Assembly (NCBI GenBank): GCA_041609995.1
Contig: JBFIPU010000005.1
Location: 5,058-69,057, forward strand
Reading direction: 5' to 3'
Origin: Acidimicrobiia bacterium
GTDB lineage: Bacteria; Actinomycetota; Acidimicrobiia; Spongiisociales; SHLN01
DNA: 64,000 bases
Below, piece by piece: positions 1 to 8,834 of this stretch (its first letter is position 1; each line of letters begins with the position of its first letter). The notes beneath the pieces were generated by a model that saw nothing but the letters and a program-made list of their open reading frames with translations, searched no databases and was not told where the DNA came from. Both the position numbers and the translations under genes were made by a program.

Positions 1-705
1 GCGACCTCGGTCTCGCTGTTGACGATTCTGCCGCTGCTGCCGAAAGGCGACGGTCATCCGGTCCTCGTCCTCCCTGGATTCATGGCCGGCGATCGCTCCA
101 CGTGGGTTCTCCGATCGGCTCTTGCCGGTCGGGGGTATGAGGTGTACCCATGGGAACTCGGTCGCAATCTGGGACCGACGCCCCAGATCACCAACGGGAT
201 CCCTGCTCGTCTTCAGATGATCTATGAACGCCACGGGGAGCCGGTGAGCATCGTGGGTCAGAGCCTGGGCGGGATCTATGCCCGGGTGCAGGCGCGGAGG
301 TCGCCTCACATGGTTCGGCAACTCGTGACTCTCGGAACGCCTGTACGTCTGGGAACCAGGGCCGTCAGCAACGCCCAGCCCCTCTACAGCTGGCTGAGCG
401 CGCGGCATGTCCCGGAGACGCCCAATCTGGATGACGGTGTTCCGTTGGAGGTGCCGGTGACCGCCATGCACACCGTCTCGGACGGGATCGTCAGCTGGGA
501 GGCGTGCATGGTGCGCCCGGGACCGAACACCGAGAACATTCGCGTAGCCGGCAGCCACACCGGCATGAGCTTCAATCCGGCGGCCGTGTACGTGGTGGCG
601 GACCGGCTGGCCCAACCCCGGGGCTCGTGGTCTCCGTTCGAGGTGCCGAGGCTCGCCAGTGGGCTCTTGTCGGCTCTGGACGTCGCATCCATAGCGAACC
701 TCTGA
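1..705 (+). CDS. alpha/beta-fold serine hydrolase (possibly 5'-truncated by window edge)
   Basis: Frame is open from base 1 (listed start TTG 19). It has a 'VLVLPGF' strand, nucleophile elbow 'GQSLGG' (GxSxG) and a late 'GSHTGM' His. Convergent with the next gene. Confidence 0.7.
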   Translation, partial: ATSVSLLTILPLLPKGDGHPVLVLPGFMAGDRSTWVLRSALAGRGYEVYPWELGRNLGPTPQITNGIPARLQMIYERHGEPVSIVGQSLGGIYARVQARRSPHMVRQLVTLGTPVRLGTRAVSNAQPLYSWLSARHVPETPNLDDGVPLEVPVTAMHTVSDGIVSWEACMVRPGPNTENIRVAGSHTGMSFNPAAVYVVADRLAQPRGSWSPFEVPRLASGLLSALDVASIANL

Positions 706-715
706 TGAACGGGCG

Positions 716-1321
716 TCAGGCCTCGAGGAATCCGGCTTCGACATAGGAGTTGCGGCGGGCGCGATACTCATGGTCCAGTAGGCCCCAGATGCTGTGGTCG
801 AGCCATCGCCCGGCAACCTCGAGTTCCTCACGAAGGAGCCCCTCGCGCTGAAAGCCGAGCTTCTCGGCCACCCGTTCGGAGCCGATGTTGCCCGCCGCGA
901 TGCGCACCGTCACCCGGTGGAACGCCAGTTCGTTGAAGGCGACATCGAGCATGTGGGCGGCGGCCTCCGTAGCGATTCCTTTGCCTGCCTCATCGGAGCG
1001 GACCCAGTAGCCGATCTCGCCCACCCGCGACTGGCGGGAGGTGTACCACACGGACACATTTCCCAGGTGCCGCTCCTGTTGCTCCCGATAGCGGATACTG
1101 AAGTCGTAGGCGCGGCCCTCGGCCCAGGCGGCGAGTGAGTCGCGTAGAAAAAGGAGGGCATCTCGCCGGCCGTACGTAGGCCGCGCCCACGGCATCCACG
1201 TGGACAGCTCGTCGAGAGACGGCAGCACGGCCTCCAGCATCGACTCCAGGTCCCGTCGGCGGAACGGTCGCAGTGTCAATCGCGGCGTATATCGCGTCCG
1301 GTTTGAGAGCTGCCGGGCCAT
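716..1321 (-). CDS. GNAT family N-acetyltransferase (RimJ/RimL-like)
   Basis: 201-aa ORF with 'LTLRPFRRRDLE' at the N-terminus. Acetyl-CoA binding region 'RIAAGNIGSERVAEKLGFQREGLLRE' is typical of RimJ/RimL-type GNATs. Confidence 0.8.
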   Translation of the reverse strand: MARQLSNRTRYTPRLTLRPFRRRDLESMLEAVLPSLDELSTWMPWARPTYGRRDALLFLRDSLAAWAEGRAYDFSIRYREQQERHLGNVSVWYTSRQSRVGEIGYWVRSDEAGKGIATEAAAHMLDVAFNELAFHRVTVRIAAGNIGSERVAEKLGFQREGLLREELEVAGRWLDHSIWGLLDHEYRARRNSYVEAGFLEA

Positions 1322-1880
1322 GGGACCAGCCTATCGTCACAGGATGCACTCGTCCCTGTCCAATTTGCGCAGCCTGCCGCCTGAGCCGCCCCGACACATT
1401 CATGTTCGGGCGGCAGTGCTCATTCCGCTGTATTGGGACGGAGACGACATCCGCCTCGTCCTCATCAAGCGCCCGATGCACATGAAGAGCCACCCGGGTC
1501 AGATCGCGTTTCCGGGCGGGAGGGTCGATCCAGAAGACATGACCTCAATCGACACCGCGTTGCGCGAGGCCGAGGAGGAAGTCGGAATCGAGCCGGCCGA
1601 CGTCGAGGTGCTCGGCGTGTTGGAGACCCTCACGGCACGTCGGGAAGACCAGTGGATCGTGCCGGTGGTCGGTTGGTTGGCGCGCGAGCCCGACTTTCGG
1701 CCCAACAGTTGGGAAGTAGAACGGATCCATACACCCAGGCTCAGCTACTTCATCGATGATGGGCGCTGGTACAAGCGAGACTTCGCCGGTTTCGACGTCT
1801 GGTACATCGAGATGGACGAGGGCGAAGTGCTGTGGGGGGCGTCGGCCAACATGCTGCGGGACATGCTCGAGCGGCTGTGA
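1320..1880 (+). CDS. NUDIX hydrolase, CoA pyrophosphatase-like
   Basis: Nudix box 'GGRVDPEDMTSIDTALREAEEEVGI' preceded by 'HPGQIAFPGG'. The ORF-track start 1200 overlaps the divergent GNAT gene, so ATG 1320 was chosen (ATG 1344 is also possible). Confidence 0.8.
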   Translation: MGPAYRHRMHSSLSNLRSLPPEPPRHIHVRAAVLIPLYWDGDDIRLVLIKRPMHMKSHPGQIAFPGGRVDPEDMTSIDTALREAEEEVGIEPADVEVLGVLETLTARREDQWIVPVVGWLAREPDFRPNSWEVERIHTPRLSYFIDDGRWYKRDFAGFDVWYIEMDEGEVLWGASANMLRDMLERL

Positions 1881-1964
1881 CGCCCTGATCTCTTGCGACG
1901 GACATAAGGGACTTCGGCTCGTCAGGTTGGGTCCAATGGCGTGAGGTGAACATGGCACACTTCC

Positions 1965-2897
1965 ATGGTGGTTTTTGCCTGGTTTGCTGCGGTACTCGTC
2001 GGTTTTCCGGTGGCGGTGCTCGCCAGCCGCCGGGTGGTCCGCCACGCCACGGCGCTGGCCGCCGGGAGCCGGATTCCCAAATTCGTCATCGGTGTTTCCC
2101 TGCTCGCCATCGGAACCGACCTCCCCGAGATTGCCAACTCGATCATTGCTTCTCTGGCCGATCAGGGGGACATCAACGTCGGGGACTCCCTGGGTTCCAC
2201 TGCCACCCAGGTAACGCTCGTCCTGGGACTCCTGCCCTTCCTCGGTGGCGCCATCATGATCGAGCGCGGCGGCGGAACCGTCAGGACTGCCTGGCTGACG
2301 GTAGGGGCCCTGTTGGTGGGAATCGGGCTGATGTTCGACGGATTCATCAGCCGAACGGATGCGGCGATCATGATCTCCATGTGGCTGGGCGGCTCCGTCT
2401 ACCTGTGGCGCCGGGTTCCCCACGAACGCCAGCTGGAGTTCGAGTTGGACGGACTGCCCCGGACATACCATGTGATCGGTACGGTGGTGGCGCTTGGGTT
2501 GGTGGCCGGAGGGGCAGCGCTGGCGGTGGCAGGCATCATCGGGCTGGCCGAAGAGTTGGGGATCCCGGGCTTTCTCATCAGCTTTTTCGGTGCTTCGATC
2601 GGCACGTCTCTTCCCGAGCTGGTCGTCGATTTGGCGGCCATCCGTAGGGGAGAGCCGGAGCTGGCCGTCGGCGATGCGGTCGGATCGTCCTTCGTGGATG
2701 CCACGCTGTCGATCGGCAGCGGCCCTTTCATCGCCCCAACTGCCATCACAGCGGGGTTCGCAGTCCAGGGAGCCCTCGTAGCCATGGTGGCGGTGGCGGT
2801 GGTCGCCCTCCTGTTCCAGCGGGTCCGCCGCCACGACCGTCGGACGGGGGCGATGTTGCTGGTCGTCTATGCCGCGTTCTACGTGTTGCTGCTGTGA
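1965..2897 (+). CDS. Ca2+/cation antiporter (CaCA/YrbG-like sodium-calcium exchanger family)
   Basis: Polytopic membrane protein with the two alpha-repeat motifs 'GTDLPEIANS' and 'GTSLPELVVD'; 310 aa. Confidence 0.8.
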   Translation: MVVFAWFAAVLVGFPVAVLASRRVVRHATALAAGSRIPKFVIGVSLLAIGTDLPEIANSIIASLADQGDINVGDSLGSTATQVTLVLGLLPFLGGAIMIERGGGTVRTAWLTVGALLVGIGLMFDGFISRTDAAIMISMWLGGSVYLWRRVPHERQLEFELDGLPRTYHVIGTVVALGLVAGGAALAVAGIIGLAEELGIPGFLISFFGASIGTSLPELVVDLAAIRRGEPELAVGDAVGSSFVDATLSIGSGPFIAPTAITAGFAVQGALVAMVAVAVVALLFQRVRRHDRRTGAMLLVVYAAFYVLLL

Positions 2898-2924
2898 GCG
2901 GGTGCCCGGTTTCGGTTGTGTACT

Positions 2925-3130
2925 AATCTGGCGGGACTCGGCGATAGCCGAGTGCTCCGGTTGGTAGCGAAGTCCGGTGTGAACCCGGCGCTGTCCCGCA
3001 ACTGTGATGCCGTTGGTCGACATCGACCCACGGATCAGCCAGGTCGCCTTCCTTCCGGGGTGAACGAACCCGCTCACGAGGTAGGAGCGCTTCGTCGGCA
3101 GCACTCCTGTCGTCGAGCCCCGTCAGGAGA
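2925..3130 (+). promoter_or_regulatory. Cobalamin (B12) riboswitch with SD-sequestering expression platform
   Basis: Core 'gaagtccggtgtgaacccggcgctgtcccgcaactgtga' (2969-3008) matches the conserved 'GCCGGTGnGAAnCCGGCnCnGTCCCGCnACTGT' region. A B12-box-like 'cagccaggtcgcc' lies at 3035-3047. 'ctcctg' (3104-3109) can pair with 'caggag' (3124-3129), which is the SD of the downstream btuF-like gene. Confidence 0.8.
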
Positions 3131-3133
3131 GAG

Positions 3134-4141
3134 ATGCCGAATATCCCATCAAAGCTCAGATCGGCGAGTTGGTCGATCGCGGTTGTGCTCATCTGCGCCG
3201 CCTGCGGTGCTTCGGGCACAGCCGGGACCACCACGGTGGCCCCGACCACAGCCCCTCCGACCACCATCGCCACCACGACCACCGAGGCTCCGACCACGAC
3301 TGCGGGGTCAGTGCCGGGCTTCCCGGTCACCGTCGAGACGGTCGCCGGGGCGGTCACCGTGCCCGCGTCACCCCAGGCGATCGTATCGCTTTCGCCGACC
3401 TCCACCGAGGTACTGTTCGCCATCGGTGCCGGGGGCCAGGTCGTCGCGGTTGACGACCAATCGAACTACCCGGCTGACGCTCCCGTGACGGCGCTCACGG
3501 GTTTCTCGTCGAGTGCCGAGGCGGTGGCAGCCTTCGATCCCGACCTGGTGTTCATCAGCTTCGACCCGGGAGATCTGGTGTCCGGGCTGGAAGCTGTCGG
3601 CATTCCGACCGTGGTGCACCCGGCGGCGGTATCGCTGGAAGACGCCTACCGCCAGATCGAGCAGGCAGGGGCCCTCACGGGCAACGTCGACGGCGCCTCG
3701 GCGATCATCGAGGGGATCGAGGCACAGGTCGACGAGCTCGTGGCGGGCCTGGCCGACCGGGTCGAACCGTTGACGTATTTCCACGAGCTCGACAACACGT
3801 TCTATTCCTTGACCTCGTCAACGTTTGTCGGGGAGCTGTATGGGCTGCTCGGTTTGGCCAGCATTGCTGATCCGGCAGACACCGACGGGTTCGGCTACCC
3901 ACAGTTGTCCGAGGAATACATCCTGGAGCAGGACCCGGATTTCATCTTCTTGGCGGACACGAAATGTTGTGGGCAGAACGCCGGCGCGGTGGCGGCCCGT
4001 CCGGGCTGGGATCAGCTGAGTGCCGTTCAGCAGGGGCGGGTGATCGAGCTAGACGACGACATCGCCAGCCGGTGGGGTCCGAGGATCAGCGAGTTCCTGT
4101 CCCAGGTCGCGAGCGCGGTGGATTCGGTTCCGGTGGGGTGA
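3134..4141 (+). CDS. ABC transporter substrate-binding lipoprotein, BtuF/FhuD-like (cobalamin/iron-complex type)
   Basis: Lipobox 'LICAACG' and a Thr/Pro-rich linker. 'IVSLSPTSTEVLFAIGAGGQVVAVDD' is typical of class III periplasmic binding proteins. It sits directly behind the B12 riboswitch. Confidence 0.85.
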   Translation: MPNIPSKLRSASWSIAVVLICAACGASGTAGTTTVAPTTAPPTTIATTTTEAPTTTAGSVPGFPVTVETVAGAVTVPASPQAIVSLSPTSTEVLFAIGAGGQVVAVDDQSNYPADAPVTALTGFSSSAEAVAAFDPDLVFISFDPGDLVSGLEAVGIPTVVHPAAVSLEDAYRQIEQAGALTGNVDGASAIIEGIEAQVDELVAGLADRVEPLTYFHELDNTFYSLTSSTFVGELYGLLGLASIADPADTDGFGYPQLSEEYILEQDPDFIFLADTKCCGQNAGAVAARPGWDQLSAVQQGRVIELDDDIASRWGPRISEFLSQVASAVDSVPVG

Positions 4142-4191
4142 TGGCCCAGTGATGATGGCCCAGTGATGATGGCCCAGTGATGATGGCCCAG
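4139..4191 (+). repeat. 14-bp tandem repeat 'tgatgatggcccag' (3 perfect copies plus 1 partial copy)
   Basis: Perfect units lie at 4150-4163, 4164-4177 and 4178-4191. A degenerate copy at 4136-4149 contains the btuF-like stop (4139-4141). The last unit ends in the GTG start (4191) of the permease. Confidence 0.95.
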
Positions 4192-5231
4192 TGACGACTC
4201 CCCGGCTGCCGCTCGCGAGGCTGAAGCCATCCTGGCTGGCGGGCGGGTTGTTGGTACTCGGCGTGTCGGTCATCGTCGGAGCCGCCATCGGTCCTGCCGA
4301 TGTCTCCATGGGGAGCGTCGTGGCGACCGTTTTCGAACGCCTGCTGGGCGCCGATCGCGGTGTTTCGGACCGGCTGGCCGGGATAGTGTGGGAGATCCGC
4401 TTGCCCCGGGTTGCGTTGGGGTTGCTGGTGGGCGGCATGCTGTCGGTCGCCGGGGGTGCCTATCAGGGCGTGTTTCGCAACCCTTTGGCCGACCCCTACC
4501 TGCTCGGTGCTGCCGCCGGTGCCGGCCTCGGTGCCACCGTCGCGATCGTGCTCTCGGCCAACGGAGGCAATCCGGCTTGGGCGACTCCGGCGGCTTTTGT
4601 CGGAGCCCTGGCCGCGGTCGGGCTGGCGACCGCCATCGGATCCGCCATCGACGGAAATCGCTCGACGGCGACGTTGTTGCTGGCGGGTGTGGCGGTGGCA
4701 AGCTTTTTGACCGCCATCCAGACCTTCATACTCCAGCGCAGGGTCGACACCGTGCAGCAGGTGTATTCGTGGATCCTCGGCCGGGTGGCGACCACCGGCT
4801 GGGATGAGGTCTGGCAGGTGACGCCGTATGCCGTCGTCTGCGTAGGGATGCTGTTTTGGTACCGGCGTGCGCTCGACGTGCTCGCCGTGGGTGACGACGT
4901 GGCCGAGACGCTCGGTGTCAACGCCCGTCGCACCCGGCTGGTGATCGTCGTGTTGGCCTCGCTCGCCACCGCTGCCGCCGTGTCCGTGAGCGGGCTCATC
5001 GGGTTCGTGGGCCTCGTGGTGCCACACATGATCCGCTTGCTGTCCGGGCCCAGTTACCGGGTGATTCTGCCCCTCGCCTTTCTCGGCGGCGGGGCGTTTC
5101 TCGTGCTTGCCGACACCGTGGCGCGGCAAGCCTTTGCTCCGGCCGAGATCCCCATTGGGGTCGTTACCGCCTTCGTCGGAGCGCCGTTCTTCATGTGGAT
5201 GCTGTTGCGGGGAGGCCGGTCGCTGCCATGA
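4191..5231 (+). CDS. FecCD/BtuC-family ABC transporter permease
   Basis: 346-aa polytopic membrane protein with 'GLIGFVGLVVPHMIRLL' and 'IPIGVVTAFVGAPFF' motifs typical of BtuC/FecCD. GTG start is the first in-frame start after the stop at 4167. Confidence 0.85.
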   Translation: MTTPRLPLARLKPSWLAGGLLVLGVSVIVGAAIGPADVSMGSVVATVFERLLGADRGVSDRLAGIVWEIRLPRVALGLLVGGMLSVAGGAYQGVFRNPLADPYLLGAAAGAGLGATVAIVLSANGGNPAWATPAAFVGALAAVGLATAIGSAIDGNRSTATLLLAGVAVASFLTAIQTFILQRRVDTVQQVYSWILGRVATTGWDEVWQVTPYAVVCVGMLFWYRRALDVLAVGDDVAETLGVNARRTRLVIVVLASLATAAAVSVSGLIGFVGLVVPHMIRLLSGPSYRVILPLAFLGGGAFLVLADTVARQAFAPAEIPIGVVTAFVGAPFFMWMLLRGGRSLP

Positions 5232-5977
5232 TCACCTGCTCCGATGTGTCGGTATCCATCGGCAACACCTCGATCCTGTCAGGGGTCGACGTGATGATTC
5301 CCGAAGGCCAGTGGCTGGGGGTGATCGGGCCCAACGGCGCCGGCAAGAGCACACTGTTGCGAGTGCTGGCAGGTCGTCAGGCCCATTCCGGGAACGTGCG
5401 GATCAACGGCAACTCGGGGCTGGGCCGCAAGCGTCGGTCCCACCTGATCGCCTACCTCGAGCAGTCGCCGCTGGTACCGGCCGGCATGTTCGTCGCCGAC
5501 TATGTCATGCTGGGAAGAACGCCGCACCTTTCTCGCTTCGGCAGCGAGCGTGACGTCGACCATGAGGTGGTCATCGATGTCCTGGGGCGGCTCGACTTGC
5601 GAGATCTGGCCGGCCGGCGCCTCGACACGCTGTCGGGGGGCGAGCGGCAACGGGTGCTGATCGGGCGAGCCCTGGCGCAAGAGGCTCCGATCGTGCTGTT
5701 GGACGAGCCCACCACCTCGCTGGATCTGGGTCACCAGCAGGAGGTGCTCGAGCTACTCGACGAGCTGCGGTCGACGAAGAACCTGACGCTGGTGTCATCG
5801 ATGCACGATCTGACGTTGGCCGGCCAGTATCCCGACGTGCTGATGTTGATCGACCGGGGCCGGGTCGTGGCGCATGGGCCGGCCGAGGAGGTTTTGACCC
5901 CGGAGCTGATCGTCGGCCATTATCGAGCTCGCGTCGAGGTTCGCGACGGCGTCGTGCGGCCCGTACGTCCTTCCTGA
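5228..5977 (+). CDS. ABC transporter ATP-binding protein (BtuD/FecE-like)
   Basis: Walker A 'GPNGAGKST', signature 'LSGGERQRV', Walker B 'VLLDEPT'. ATG 5228 overlaps the permease stop (ATGA), so it is preferred over the listed 5195. Confidence 0.9.
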   Translation: MITCSDVSVSIGNTSILSGVDVMIPEGQWLGVIGPNGAGKSTLLRVLAGRQAHSGNVRINGNSGLGRKRRSHLIAYLEQSPLVPAGMFVADYVMLGRTPHLSRFGSERDVDHEVVIDVLGRLDLRDLAGRRLDTLSGGERQRVLIGRALAQEAPIVLLDEPTTSLDLGHQQEVLELLDELRSTKNLTLVSSMHDLTLAGQYPDVLMLIDRGRVVAHGPAEEVLTPELIVGHYRARVEVRDGVVRPVRPS

Positions 5978-6021
5978 GCAAAGACTTGCGTGGCTGACAC
6001 CATCTGGCGATACTTGTGGCC

Positions 6022-6045
6022 ATGAAGAATTGGATCATTACCTAG
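6022..6045 (+). promoter_or_regulatory. Candidate leader peptide ORF (MKNWIIT*) upstream of cimA
   Basis: ATG AAG AAT TGG ATC ATT ACC TAG has two consecutive Ile codons plus Thr. It lies 37 nt upstream of a strong terminator hairpin and 157 nt upstream of cimA. No clear SD, so this is speculative. Confidence 0.3.
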
Positions 6046-6082
6046 CGCATACGGTTCCGCAGGAGCGGATCGTGTGCGACTG

Positions 6083-6111
6083 CCTCCGCCCCGGGCGGGG
6101 GTTTTCTTCTT
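6083..6111 (+). terminator. Intrinsic terminator / attenuator hairpin
   Basis: 'cctccgcc ccg ggcggggg' forms an 8-bp GC-rich stem with a triloop, followed by 'ttttcttctt'. It lies between the ABC ATPase stop (5977) and the cimA start (6202). Confidence 0.65.
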
Positions 6112-6201
6112 GAGAGACAGGTTTCTGCCGAAGATGCTGCATACACACCCTTTTCATTCACCGTCGCTCGACTCTGACGCCACGGCGCTTGGGAGCACAC
6201 C

Positions 6202-7779
6202 ATGACCGTGCCCGTTGAGGTGTACGACACGACGTTGCGAGACGGTGCCCAGCTCGAGGGGCTCAGCCTCACCGTCGAGGACAAGATGAAGATCGCCGAA
6301 CTGCTCGACGAGCTCGGTGTCGACTACATCGAAGGCGGCTGGCCGGGGGCACTGCCGAAAGACACCGAATTCTTTGCCCGAGCCGCCAAAGAGCTGGATC
6401 TCGAGACGTCCGTCCTCGTGGCGTTTGGCTCGACGTGCCGTCCCCACATGGCGGCCGATCAAGATCAGCAGCTGGAGGCGCTACTCGAGGCCGGAACTTC
6501 GGTGATCTGCATCGTGGCCAAGTCCTGGGATTACCACGTCACCGAGGCTCTGCGTGTCGACCTCGACGAAGGTTTGCGGATGGTAGAGGATTCCGTCGCA
6601 TTTCTCACCCGTGAAGGGAGGCGGGTGTTCGTCGATGCAGAGCATTTCTTCGATGGTTATCTGGGCAACCCGGAATTTGCGCTGGCCGTGGTGGAGGGTG
6701 CCCTTCGAGCCGGAGCGGAACGGGTGATCCTGTGCGACACCAATGGTGGCATGGTCCCGAGCACTGTTCATCGGGTGGTCGGCGCGGTGGGCGAGGCCCT
6801 GCCCTCGGCCCGTCTCGGCATCCACGCTCACAATGACAGTGGTTGCGCCGTCGCCAACACGCTGGCGGCCGTTGAGGCCGGGGCCGTCCAGGTGCAAGGC
6901 TGCATCAACGGATACGGCGAGCGCACCGGCAATGCCGATCTGTGCTCTGTGATTCCGGACCTGGTGTTCAAGCAGGGCCTCGCCGCTTTGGACGAGCGTC
7001 GGCTGGAGAAGCTCACCCCCATCTCGCATCACATCGCCGAGATCGCCAACCTCACCCTCGACCCGCACAAACCGTATGTGGGAACGTCTGCGTTCGCACA
7101 CAAGGCCGGTCTCCATACCTCGGCGTTGGCTCGCCGCCCGGATGCCTATGAGCACATCGACCCGAGCAAGGTCGGCAACACGACCCGCATGGTGGTTTCG
7201 GAGATGGCGGGGAAATCGACGATCATCGCCAAGGCCCGCGAGCAGGGGATCGACTTCGACGAATCTCTGGCTTCCACCCTTCTGGTCGAGGTCAAGGAGA
7301 TGGAGAACCGTGGCTACCAGATCGAAGCGGCCGATGGAACCTTCGAGTTGATGGTGCGACGCGCCATGGGCTGGGAACAGGACTTCTTCGACCTCGAGTC
7401 CTTTCGGGTGTTCGTCGAACGCCGTCCGGGCGATGAGCTCGAGGTGGTGGCCGAAGCGACCATCAAGATCCACGTGGGGGGCGAGCGCGTCGTTGCCACG
7501 CGGGAGGGGAATGGTCCGGTGAACGCCATCGATCAGGCCCTGCGGGCGGCGCTGGCACCCGCCTATCCGGAGGTGGAGCACATCTTCCTGACCGACTACC
7601 GGGTGCGGGTGCTCGACCCCGGTGCCGGCACCGGGGCGGTCACGAGGGTCTTGCTCGAACAGTCGAATGGGCTCGATGCATGGGGGACGATCGGGGTTCA
7701 CGAGAACATCATCGAAGCCAGCTGGGAGGCGGTGGCCGACGGCCTCGTGGTGGGTCTATTGCGAGAACAGCAACGCTGA
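6202..7779 (+). CDS. cimA: Citramalate synthase (LeuA-related, CimA-type)
   Basis: 'YDTTLRDGAQ' HMGL-like N-terminus, 'GIHAHNDSG', 525 aa with a C-terminal regulatory domain. The overall sequence is typical of the CimA/LeuA_rel clade. Confidence 0.8.
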   Translation: MTVPVEVYDTTLRDGAQLEGLSLTVEDKMKIAELLDELGVDYIEGGWPGALPKDTEFFARAAKELDLETSVLVAFGSTCRPHMAADQDQQLEALLEAGTSVICIVAKSWDYHVTEALRVDLDEGLRMVEDSVAFLTREGRRVFVDAEHFFDGYLGNPEFALAVVEGALRAGAERVILCDTNGGMVPSTVHRVVGAVGEALPSARLGIHAHNDSGCAVANTLAAVEAGAVQVQGCINGYGERTGNADLCSVIPDLVFKQGLAALDERRLEKLTPISHHIAEIANLTLDPHKPYVGTSAFAHKAGLHTSALARRPDAYEHIDPSKVGNTTRMVVSEMAGKSTIIAKAREQGIDFDESLASTLLVEVKEMENRGYQIEAADGTFELMVRRAMGWEQDFFDLESFRVFVERRPGDELEVVAEATIKIHVGGERVVATREGNGPVNAIDQALRAALAPAYPEVEHIFLTDYRVRVLDPGAGTGAVTRVLLEQSNGLDAWGTIGVHENIIEASWEAVADGLVVGLLREQQR

Positions 7780-8757
7780 ATGGACGTTGCGTTTTCCGGG
7801 ATTCAACCCACCGGCGAAATCCACCTCGGTAACTACCTGGGCGCGTTGCGCAACTGGGTGCGGCTCCAGGAATCGTTTGATGCGGTCTACTGCATCGTCG
7901 ACCTGCACGCCCTCACGACCCCCTACGACCCGGTCACGTTCGCCCGCGAGCGTCTCGAGGCCGCCAAGGCGGTTATCGCCGCCGGCATCGACCCGGACCG
8001 CAGCCTCCTCTATTACCAGTCCGACGTGCCGGCCCACGCCGAGCTGGGGTGGTTGCTGGGAACGATCACGTCGCTGGGCTCACTCAACCGGATGACCCAA
8101 TTCAAGGACAAAGCCGACCAGGCCGGCGAAAATCTCGGCCTCTATGCCTACCCGGTGTTGATGGCGGCCGACATTCTCTTGTATCGGGCGAACGCCGTAC
8201 CGGTGGGTGAAGACCAGACACAGCACCTCGAGTTGACCAGGGACCTGGCCGATCGCTTCAATCAGCGGTTCGGCGAGGTGTTCCCGCTCCCGGAAGCCAT
8301 CATTCCCGAACGGGGGGCCCGCGTCATGTCGCTGAAGGATCCGACGTCCAAGATGAGTAAATCAGACCCTTCCGAGACCAGCCGGATCTTGATGCTGGAT
8401 GACCCGGACACCATCATGAAGAAGATGGGTCGGGCGGTTACCGACTCGGGAACCGAGGTTCGCTACGACTGGGAGGCCAAGCCCGGCATCTCGAATCTGC
8501 TCGAGATGCTTTCGTTGTTCACCGAGCGAAATGTCGACGATCTCGAGGCCGAGTATGGCGACATGCAGTATGGCGTGTTCAAGCGGGTTGTGGGGGAGGC
8601 AGTCGTGGAAGGACTGACGCCGGTTCGCCGCCGATATGCAGAGCTCGACGACCACGAGGTAGCGGCTCTCTTGGCGCGCAATGCCGAGCGGGGGATCGAG
8701 CGGGCGAAGGGCTTCCAGGATGAGGTATTCAACGCAATGGGCCTGCGCCGCCACTAG
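7780..8757 (+). CDS. trpS: Tryptophan--tRNA ligase
   Basis: 'GIQPTGEIHLGNYLGA' (HIGH-type) and 'KMSKSD' motifs; 325 aa. The start directly abuts the cimA stop. Confidence 0.95.
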   Translation: MDVAFSGIQPTGEIHLGNYLGALRNWVRLQESFDAVYCIVDLHALTTPYDPVTFARERLEAAKAVIAAGIDPDRSLLYYQSDVPAHAELGWLLGTITSLGSLNRMTQFKDKADQAGENLGLYAYPVLMAADILLYRANAVPVGEDQTQHLELTRDLADRFNQRFGEVFPLPEAIIPERGARVMSLKDPTSKMSKSDPSETSRILMLDDPDTIMKKMGRAVTDSGTEVRYDWEAKPGISNLLEMLSLFTERNVDDLEAEYGDMQYGVFKRVVGEAVVEGLTPVRRRYAELDDHEVAALLARNAERGIERAKGFQDEVFNAMGLRRH

Positions 8758-8834
8758 TTTCGACGTGGAGAGTAACGTTGGAGGCCTGAGGCCAGGGACG
8801 ATGCGCCAGGGCCGAGGTCTCGTGGGGAGGGCGT

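Noticed and set aside
1545-3104. 519-aa minus-strand ORF spanning the NUDIX gene, the antiporter gene and part of the riboswitch
   Set aside because: It runs antisense to two well-supported genes. Its translation is Arg/Pro/Gly/His-rich low-complexity sequence, typical of shadow ORFs in high-GC DNA, with no recognisable motifs.
4139-4191. Tandem repeats here and at 58511-58708 as possible CRISPR arrays
   Set aside because: The units are directly adjacent with no spacers (14 bp and 66 bp), and one set is in-frame coding sequence. No cas genes are in the window.
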